A program made the translations under genes and the position numbers. A stretch of DNA of 64,000 nt. Source: Zoogloea sp. GTDB taxonomy: Bacteria; Pseudomonadota; Gammaproteobacteria; Burkholderiales; Rhodocyclaceae. The stretch lies in the NCBI RefSeq assembly GCF_009026175.1, contig NZ_WBTZ01000002.1; one strand, written 5' to 3'. The notes beneath the pieces are model-generated. The model did not search any database and was not told where the DNA came from. It saw nothing but the letters and a program-made list of their open reading frames with translations. Positions 57,093-64,000 of this stretch are shown here, one piece after another (within the stretch, counting starts at the first letter, position 1; each line of letters begins with the position of its first letter).

Positions 57093-58172
57093 CTACGCTC
57101 CCCGGACCTGTATCGGCACCCGGGCCGCCAGGGCGCAGAAGAGCTCGTAGCTGATGGTGCCCGCCGCCGCTGCCACCTCGTCGGCTGGCAGCCCTTCTCC
57201 CCACAGGGTGACCGGCGAGCCCACGCCGGCTTCCGGCAGATGGGTCAGATCACAGGCCAGCATGTCCATCGAGACGCGACCCAGGGTGCGGGTCCGTCGC
57301 CCTCCCACCAGGATCGGCGTGCCGGTGGGTGCGTGGCGAGGGTAGCCGTCGGCATAGCCGCAGGCCACCACCCCGACGCGCATCGGGGTCTCCGCCACGA
57401 AGCTGCCGCCGTAACCAACCTGCTCACCGGGGGAAATGTCCTGGACGCCGATGATCTCGCTGACCAGCGTCATCACGGCACGCAGGCCGAGCTGATCCGC
57501 GCTGGCGATGTCCGGCATCGGGGATCCGCCATAGAGCATGATGCCCGGCCGCACGAGCTGGGCCGCCGCCTCGGGGAAGCGCAGCAGGGCCGCCGAGTTG
57601 GCGAGGCTGACGGGCAGCTCGAGGTCGCCGGCAATCGCCCTGAAGCGGGCCAGCTGGGACGCGATGCCGGCTTCATCGTCGGCCCGCGCAAAATGGCTCA
57701 TCAGGGTGATGGTGCGCACGGCGGGGAGCGCCCGCAGGCGTGCCAGCGCGGCAGGGAAGCTGTCAGCCGTGAAGCCGAGGCGGTTCATGCCGGAGTTGAT
57801 CTTGAGTAGTACATCCAGCGGGGCCGCCGACCGTGCCCTTTCGAGCATGGCCAGCTGGGACTCGCTGTGGATGGTCGGAATCAGGCCCAGGCGCTCGACC
57901 TCGGGCAGATCGCCAGGCTCGAAGAAGCCCTCCAGCAGGGCGATCGGCTGGGTCAGCCCGGCTTCGCGGAGCTGGGCGGCCTCGCTGATGTCGAGCAGCG
58001 CGAATCCGTCGGCCACCGGCCCCAGGGCCTGGATGGCACGCTGCAGGCCATGGCCGTAGGCATTGGCCTTGACTACCGCGAAGGCGCTGGCGCTGCCGGC
58101 CTTGTTCTTTGCGAGGAGATAGTTGTGACGCAAGGCCTCCAGATCGATGGAGGCGCGAATCGGGCGAGGCAT
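57093..58172 (-). CDS. alr: Alanine racemase
   Basis: VVKANAYGHG, GMNRLG, RPGIMLYG and GYADGY motifs. Confidence 0.97.
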   Translation of the reverse strand: MPRPIRASIDLEALRHNYLLAKNKAGSASAFAVVKANAYGHGLQRAIQALGPVADGFALLDISEAAQLREAGLTQPIALLEGFFEPGDLPEVERLGLIPTIHSESQLAMLERARSAAPLDVLLKINSGMNRLGFTADSFPAALARLRALPAVRTITLMSHFARADDEAGIASQLARFRAIAGDLELPVSLANSAALLRFPEAAAQLVRPGIMLYGGSPMPDIASADQLGLRAVMTLVSEIIGVQDISPGEQVGYGGSFVAETPMRVGVVACGYADGYPRHAPTGTPILVGGRRTRTLGRVSMDMLACDLTHLPEAGVGSPVTLWGEGLPADEVAAAAGTISYELFCALAARVPIQVRGA

Positions 58173-58176
58173 GGTT

Positions 58177-59091
58177 TCAGGCTTTGCGGGTGGCGCTCAT
58201 GCGGCCGATTTCCTCGGTGACGAAATCGGCAAAGGTGTTGACGAGGCGGGAACGGAATTTGTCCTTGAGCAGGATGACCTCGAGCGGCGTATAGAGCTTG
58301 GGCTCGAGGGAGATGCCGACCAGGCGCCCGGCCTTGACCCCGCTGCGGATCGCTGCCGACGAGGCGACGGCGATGCCGAAGCCCTGGGCGGCCAGATGCT
58401 TGACGGTGGACAGGCTGCCCAGCTCGGCCGCCACGTTGAGGTCTTCGAAGGCGATGCCGGCGGCGGCGAAATACTGATCCACCAGGTCGCGGATGGCGTT
58501 GCCGGGCTCCCGGTGCAGCAAGGGGTATTCGGCAAGCTGCTCGGCCCGCACGGAGGTTTCACCGGCCAGCGGGTGCCCGGGGGCGACGATCAGCTGCAGC
58601 TCGTCCTGGCCTGCGCTCCTGCGGTCAAGGGTCGGCTGCTCGGTGACGATCTCGATGAGCCCGACATCCAGGTTGCGGTCCATCACGCGGCTCTCGATCA
58701 GCTGGGAGTTTCCCACCGAGACCCGGGGCACCACGCGGGGATATTTGCGCTTGAAGCCTTCGAGCAGGTAAGGCAGCCAGTAGCCGGCGATGGTTGTGCT
58801 GGTGCCCAGGTGCAGGATGCCGGACAACTCGTCGGTGAGCTCGGACACCCGCGACTCAAGCTCCTCGGTCAGCCCGAGGATGCGCTCCGCGTAGGCCATC
58901 ACCAGCTCGCCGGCGGCGGTCAGGGTGACCCGCCCGTGTCCTCGATCGAACAGCCGGGTATTGAACTGTTCTTCCAGCTGCTTGATCTGGAAGGTGACGG
59001 CCGGCTGGGTCATGAACAAGGCCTCGGCGGCCCGGGTGAAGGAGCCGTGTCGGGCTACCGCGTGGAAAACCTGGAGACGTCGATCCGCCAT
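58177..59091 (-). CDS. LysR-family transcriptional regulator (CysL-like)
   Basis: SFTRAAEALFMTQPAVTFQIKQLEE HTH. Confidence 0.93.
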   Translation of the reverse strand: MADRRLQVFHAVARHGSFTRAAEALFMTQPAVTFQIKQLEEQFNTRLFDRGHGRVTLTAAGELVMAYAERILGLTEELESRVSELTDELSGILHLGTSTTIAGYWLPYLLEGFKRKYPRVVPRVSVGNSQLIESRVMDRNLDVGLIEIVTEQPTLDRRSAGQDELQLIVAPGHPLAGETSVRAEQLAEYPLLHREPGNAIRDLVDQYFAAAGIAFEDLNVAAELGSLSTVKHLAAQGFGIAVASSAAIRSGVKAGRLVGISLEPKLYTPLEVILLKDKFRSRLVNTFADFVTEEIGRMSATRKA

Positions 59092-59217
59092 GGTTCATAA
59101 ATCCGGTTTATGCGTGTTGCCATTGAATCACAACATTGACGGGACCGCCAGAAGCGGCAACGCCTTCGTGGTATAAAGCGCGGTCCCCAAAATTCACCGA
59201 GCTTCCGATTCCCAGCG

Positions 59218-60480
59218 ATGCCCTTCGGTTTCTATATGATCATGGCCGCGCAGTTCTTCTCCGCGCTGGCCGACAATGCGCTGTTGATCGCTTCCATCTA
59301 CATGTTGAGGGAGATGCAGTCTCCCCAGGAGTATGAGCCGCTCCTGAAACTATTCTTCACCTTGTCCTATGTGCTGCTGGCGGCCTTCGTGGGCGCCTTC
59401 GCCGACTCGATGCCCAAGTGGCGGGTGATGCTGATCAGCAACACGATCAAGATCCTGGGGTGTTCGATGATGTTCTTCGGGGTGCATCCCCTGGCGGCCT
59501 ACGCCATGGTGGGACTTGGCGCGGCCGCCTACTCGCCGGCGAAGTACGGCATCCTCACCGAATATCTCCCCCATCGCCTGCTGGTGGTCGCCAATGGCTG
59601 GATCGAAGGCCTGACCGTGGGCGCCATCATCCTGGGGACTCTGGTGGGCGGCATGCTGATCAAGCCTTCCATCTCCCAGGCGCTGCTGGGGCTGGACCTG
59701 CCCTTCATTGAAACGGGTATCGACACCGTGCCGGAGATGGCCCTGTGCGTGGTCGGCCTGCTCTACCTGATTGCCGCCCTGTTCAACCTCAAGGTGCCGG
59801 ATACCGGGGTGGACCACAAGGCGCTCAAGTCGAATCCGATCTACCTCATCCACGACTTCAACCATTGCCTCAAGCTGCTGTGGCGCGACAAGCTGGGCCA
59901 GGTGTCCCTGGCCACCACGACCCTTTTCTGGGGCGCCGGCGCGACCCTCCAGTTCATCGTGATCAAATGGGCCGAGCAGGCGCTGCACCTGGATCTCTCC
60001 AAGGCCTCCATGCTGCAGGGGGTGGTTGCCGTGGGGGTTGCGCTGGGCGCCGTGCTGGCGGCCCGCCTGGTGAGCATGCGTTCGTCGGTGAGGGTGATTC
60101 CCCTGGGAATCGCCATGGGCGTGATTGTCAACGTGATGATCTTCGTCACCGACATGAACCTGGCCATGGCGCTGATGGTACTGATCGGCGGCCTGTCGGG
60201 CTTCTTCGTGGTGCCGATGAACGCCCTGCTGCAGTACCGGGGCCATATCCTGATGGGCGCCGGGCATTCCATCGCCGTCCAGAACTTCAATGAGAACCTG
60301 TCCATCCTGATCATGACCGGGCTGTACGCGCTGCTGATCAGCTCCGGGGTCTCGATCAACACCGTGGTGATGCTCTTCGGGTTGTTCGTGGCGGGGACCA
60401 TGTACATGGTCAAGCGTCGCCACGACGCGAATCAGCGGGAGTTTGACTCGGTCAGCGAACTCGAGGACATCCGGCACTGA
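59218..60480 (+). CDS. lplT: Lysophospholipid transporter (MFS)
   Basis: AQFFSALADNALL, YSPAKYGILTE and GHSIAVQNFNEN motifs. Confidence 0.92.
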   Translation: MPFGFYMIMAAQFFSALADNALLIASIYMLREMQSPQEYEPLLKLFFTLSYVLLAAFVGAFADSMPKWRVMLISNTIKILGCSMMFFGVHPLAAYAMVGLGAAAYSPAKYGILTEYLPHRLLVVANGWIEGLTVGAIILGTLVGGMLIKPSISQALLGLDLPFIETGIDTVPEMALCVVGLLYLIAALFNLKVPDTGVDHKALKSNPIYLIHDFNHCLKLLWRDKLGQVSLATTTLFWGAGATLQFIVIKWAEQALHLDLSKASMLQGVVAVGVALGAVLAARLVSMRSSVRVIPLGIAMGVIVNVMIFVTDMNLAMALMVLIGGLSGFFVVPMNALLQYRGHILMGAGHSIAVQNFNENLSILIMTGLYALLISSGVSINTVVMLFGLFVAGTMYMVKRRHDANQREFDSVSELEDIRH

Positions 60481-60498
60481 GCGCCGGCACACGGGCTG

Positions 60499-61134
60499 TC
60501 ACTCGCTGCCATCCAGGAGGCCATGCGCCTCCGCGTGGCGGTACATGTCGAGGACTGTGGCGAGCCCCGTTTTCTGCCGGATTCCGGTCTGGTAGTTGGC
60601 AACCGTCTTGATGCTCAGGAAGAGCCGCAGGGCGATCTCTTCGACGCTGCGGCCCGCGGCCAGCAGGCGGAATATCTCGAACTCACGGGGCGACAGCATC
60701 CCATGGACGTCCTCCCCGGCCGGCTCGACGGCGGAGGCCACGTCCGGCGAGAGCGGACGCTCGCCACGCGCCACCTGCCGCACCGCCTCGATCAGGGTAT
60801 CCGGCTCGCTGCTCTTGGTCAGGTAGCCGTCGGCGCCCGCCTTCAGCGCCTGGGCCACCATGGCCGGATTGTCGTGCATCGAGAAGATCAGCACCTTGAG
60901 GCCGGGCTGCCGCAGCTTGACCCGGGACAGGGTTTCCAGCCCTCCCCGTCCGGGCATGGACAGATCAAGCACCAGCACGTCGGCCTCATGTTCGGCCAGC
61001 CAGTGGCAGGTGGCGTCGCTGTCGCTGAAATCGGCAACCACCTGCATGTCGTCTTCGAGTTCGAGCAGGCGCCGGTAGCCCGTGCGCACCACGGCATGGT
61101 CATCCGCCAGCACGACCCGCAGGACTGCGCTCAT
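60499..61134 (-). CDS. NarL/LuxR-family response regulator
   Basis: LADDH, VLDLSMP and LSPREFEI...KTVANY HTH. Confidence 0.93.
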   Translation of the reverse strand: MSAVLRVVLADDHAVVRTGYRRLLELEDDMQVVADFSDSDATCHWLAEHEADVLVLDLSMPGRGGLETLSRVKLRQPGLKVLIFSMHDNPAMVAQALKAGADGYLTKSSEPDTLIEAVRQVARGERPLSPDVASAVEPAGEDVHGMLSPREFEIFRLLAAGRSVEEIALRLFLSIKTVANYQTGIRQKTGLATVLDMYRHAEAHGLLDGSE

Positions 61135-62462
61135 CCAGCCCTCCCGAGGGGCAGCCTTGCCGCCAGCCGGAGACCGGGCCGGGCTTGTCCGGGGGCCAGC
61201 GGGCTGACTTCGAGCTGGCCACCCAGGGCCCAGATGCGTTCCCGCAATCCGGCCAGACCGTTGCCGTGGCGGATGGCCGCCTCCGGGGCAAGGATCCCCA
61301 CCCCGTCATCGCAGACGCTCCAGTTCAGGGCCGCCGGATCACCGGCATCCACCTGCAGTTCGATGCGTATCGTCCGCGCGTCGGCATGACGGGCGATATT
61401 GGCGAGGGCTTCCTGGGTCATCCGATAGACAAAAAGGCTGGTTTCACGGGGCAGTTCGAGATCGCCGGGATGGATGCTCAGGCGGAAATCCCGGCCCGGC
61501 AGGCGTGCATCCTGCCAGCTTTTTACCAACTCTTCGAGCAGACCGCGAATGGGCAGCCGGTCGCCCGCGCCCTGCACCCCCGCAACGGGCTGGAGCTGAT
61601 GCAGGAGCCCGCGCAGGGACTGGTGGAGCGTCAGGGCCTGGGCCTCCATGTCGCGGACCGCCGCCTGCAGGGAAACGTCTGCAGCGGTGCGCCGCAGCAG
61701 GTAGGCCACATTGGCGCGTAGCGCGGTGAGGGCCTGACCGAGGTGTTCCTGTAGCGACAGGGCCAGTTGGGCCCGTTCGTCCTCCTGCAGGGTCATCAGG
61801 CGCACCGACAGCTGCTTCTGGCGTGCCTCGGCGGCGCCCAGGGCTTCGGCCAGGTGGTTCAGCGCGCCCGCCACATGGTCGAGTTCCCGCACTGGCAGGC
61901 GCGGCAGGCGGGCACTGAAGTCCTGCCGGCGGAAGGCGGCAATGGCGCCAAGAATGGCGCGCAAGGGGCCGAAGGCGCGGCGCACCACCCAGTAGGAGCC
62001 AAGCAGCATCGCCAGTCCGTAAACGAGGAACATCCCGGTCATGCCCAGGATGTCTGCAACGGCCTCCCGTTGTTCGCTCAGCGGGTCCGGAACCAGCACG
62101 GCGTTGAAGGTCTGCCCATCGTCCCTGCGCAGCACCAGCCGGGCGCCCCCCTCCCCCGTCCGGATGGGGTGGGCCGCCGGCACCAGGACCTGCCCTTGCC
62201 CGTCCTCTATCTGGAAGGTCAGGTGGCGCAGGGCCTCGCTCTGGCTGATGGCCTGCAAGACGGCCAGGTCCTGCGGCAGGGAGCCGGCATTGCCGCGCTG
62301 GAGACCGGACAAGGCTTCGAGCAACCGTGCGACTTCACGGGCACCGTGGTTCTCCTGCCGGATGTCTGTGCTGGCCCGCCAGCTGGCGAGTACGACGGCA
62401 ACGCTGAGGCTGGCCAGAAAGATCCACGCTGCACGCCGCATCAGCAGGCGGGTCAGGTCCAT
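61131..62462 (-). CDS. HAMP plus HisKA_3-type sensor kinase with atypical H-box
   Basis: 2 TM, HAMP, QEDER..LQEHLGQ, QEALANIARHA, DDGVG and GNGLAGLRER motifs. Confidence 0.88.
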   Translation of the reverse strand: MDLTRLLMRRAAWIFLASLSVAVVLASWRASTDIRQENHGAREVARLLEALSGLQRGNAGSLPQDLAVLQAISQSEALRHLTFQIEDGQGQVLVPAAHPIRTGEGGARLVLRRDDGQTFNAVLVPDPLSEQREAVADILGMTGMFLVYGLAMLLGSYWVVRRAFGPLRAILGAIAAFRRQDFSARLPRLPVRELDHVAGALNHLAEALGAAEARQKQLSVRLMTLQEDERAQLALSLQEHLGQALTALRANVAYLLRRTAADVSLQAAVRDMEAQALTLHQSLRGLLHQLQPVAGVQGAGDRLPIRGLLEELVKSWQDARLPGRDFRLSIHPGDLELPRETSLFVYRMTQEALANIARHADARTIRIELQVDAGDPAALNWSVCDDGVGILAPEAAIRHGNGLAGLRERIWALGGQLEVSPLAPGQARPGLRLAARLPLGRAG

Positions 62463-62516
62463 GAGGAGCGCTCCTGGTCAAACCGCCTGCCTCCGGGCAG
62501 GCGGGATCGGGTCAGG

Positions 62517-64000
62517 TCAGAGGCTGTAGCGCACGCCGACCCACACGGTGCGCGGTGCGCCCGGCGCATAGAAGGTGGAGCCGACCTGGGGAAACTCGCC
62601 ATTCACTGCACCAAAGGGACGTGCCACAAGGGCGCTGCCATCCGCGTTGAAGGCGGTCGAGCCCAGCTGGGCGCCGGTGGTGTATTGGCGATCGAAGAGA
62701 TTGTTGATCTGGCCGAATACCTGCAGGCGGCGATCCACCTGGTAGCGGGTATTCAGGTTGAACACCGCGTAGCCACCGGAACGGCCCGATCCGACGTAAT
62801 AGGTGCCATCCGGTTGATGCTGGTTGTTCTCGTTGCCCCGGGCGAAGGAGCCGGACACGCCGACCAGGTCGGTCCCCACGGAGAGTGCGTTGGTAATCCG
62901 GTAGGACGCGGACGCCTTGACCATGTGGCGGGGGATCAGCGGAATGCGGTCGCCCTTGTGGATGTCGATGGTGCCCTCCATGCCGGGCCCCGCGTCATTG
63001 GTGCTGTTGCCGGTGCCACCCACGGTTTCGGCCGACCGGTAGGTGGCATCCAGATAGGTGTAGGCCAGCGACAGGCTCAGCGGCCCGAAGGCCGTATTGG
63101 CCCCGGCCTCCACCCCCTGGCGGCGGGTTTCGCCGAAATTCTTGAAGTAGCCATAACCCAGCTGGTTGTCGGCGACGAACAGGATGTCGTCGTTGTTGGT
63201 GGCGCGGAACACTCCGAGGCTCCAGTGGGTGACCGGGTTCAGCTGGCCACGCAGGCCGAGATCCCAGGTCTTGGTGACGACCTGCTTGAGCGGAGGGTCG
63301 CCGGCCATGGCATTCGGCAGTTTGCAGGGGTTCTCAGGGTTGGCGCAGCCCAGCTCGATGGAGGTTGGCGTGCGGCTGCCTTCGCTGTAGCCGGCATAGG
63401 CGTTCCAGTTGCGGGACGGGGTGAAGGTCAGGCCCAGCGCCGGGTTGAAGCGGCTGAAGGTGTGATTGCCGTCGAGCGAGTCGTCCCCACCGCCGGGATT
63501 GAGATTGTCCCGGTTCTTCAGCACCGTGCGGTTATAGCGGCCGGACACGGTGGCGTGCCAGTGGTTGTTGAGGGACAGGGTGTCGGTGGCGAAAACGCTG
63601 TAAGTGCGGGTGCGACCGTTGATATTGACCCGGCTGTCGAGCGCGCTTTCGCCGGCACCGGCGTTCTGGGTGCCGTCCGCCCATGCGTCCACCGGCGTCA
63701 CGCTGCGATCCGGATTGATGTAGCCGTACTGGCCCGACTGCTGGAAGTGCAGGTTGCTCTGATCGTAGCCGGCACCGGCAATGAACAGGTTCTTGCGCCC
63801 ATCCAGCTGTCCGGTGATGGAGAGCTGCCCCGACATGCCGAAGTTTTCCTGGTCGGTCCGGGTCCGGTTGATCAGGCCGGAGCACTTTTCGTTGGGTTCG
63901 TCCGCCAGCAGGGCGTTGGCGAGGCAGCGCCAATAGGGGAAGGGTGTGTTCGACGCGTTCGCCCCGCTGGCGGGCACGCCGGTATAGCCCGCGGCAGCCA
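62517..64000 (-). CDS. TonB-dependent receptor, C-terminal barrel; 5' end lies beyond the window
   Basis: RFNPALGLTF, YSEGSRTP, ETRRQGVE, NNLFDRQY and terminal GAPRTVWVGVRYSL. Confidence 0.92.
   Translation of the reverse strand, partial: AAAGYTGVPASGANASNTPFPYWRCLANALLADEPNEKCSGLINRTRTDQENFGMSGQLSITGQLDGRKNLFIAGAGYDQSNLHFQQSGQYGYINPDRSVTPVDAWADGTQNAGAGESALDSRVNINGRTRTYSVFATDTLSLNNHWHATVSGRYNRTVLKNRDNLNPGGGDDSLDGNHTFSRFNPALGLTFTPSRNWNAYAGYSEGSRTPTSIELGCANPENPCKLPNAMAGDPPLKQVVTKTWDLGLRGQLNPVTHWSLGVFRATNNDDILFVADNQLGYGYFKNFGETRRQGVEAGANTAFGPLSLSLAYTYLDATYRSAETVGGTGNSTNDAGPGMEGTIDIHKGDRIPLIPRHMVKASASYRITNALSVGTDLVGVSGSFARGNENNQHQPDGTYYVGSGRSGGYAVFNLNTRYQVDRRLQVFGQINNLFDRQYTTGAQLGSTAFNADGSALVARPFGAVNGEFPQVGSTFYAPGAPRTVWVGVRYSL

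Overview
High-GC betaproteobacterial chromosome segment (Rhodocyclales-like; inferred from gene order and protein style). Bases 1-24.2 kb form an organosulfur-scavenging (sulfate-starvation) region. It contains sfnG/msuE, three DszC-like acyl-CoA-dehydrogenase-fold monooxygenases, ribB plus a catalytically degenerate ribB-like gene, the sigma54 activator sfnR, two paralogous LIV-type ABC operons each led by a truncated acyl-CoA-ligase-like gene, a porin, a DmoA/NtaA-family monooxygenase and a nitroreductase. Six sigma54 -24/-12 promoters lie in five intergenic regions, and all five regions carry a TGCT-N8-AGCA palindrome (perfect in four, one mismatch in the porin region), a candidate activator site. 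Bases 24.4-27.2 kb hold a tyrosine recombinase and a KfrA-N coiled-coil gene, a near-consensus LexA box, and a divergent 57-aa two-helix membrane ORF missing from the ORF track. The rest is mostly core: ank-tatD-pilZ-holB-tmk-mltG, ygfZ, NRDE, mfd, prc, hupB, radA, alr, LysR and lplT. Interspersed are a tandem-SBP/dual-receiver/hybrid-kinase/HD-GYP signalling cluster, a VIT1 gene, a cus-type Cu/Ag efflux operon with a cop box, an orphan degenerate HEPN gene, and a TonB receptor plus two-component system whose kinase has an altered H-box. No rRNA, tRNA, CRISPR array or IS transposase was recognised. All family assignments come from motif recognition by eye, not database searches.
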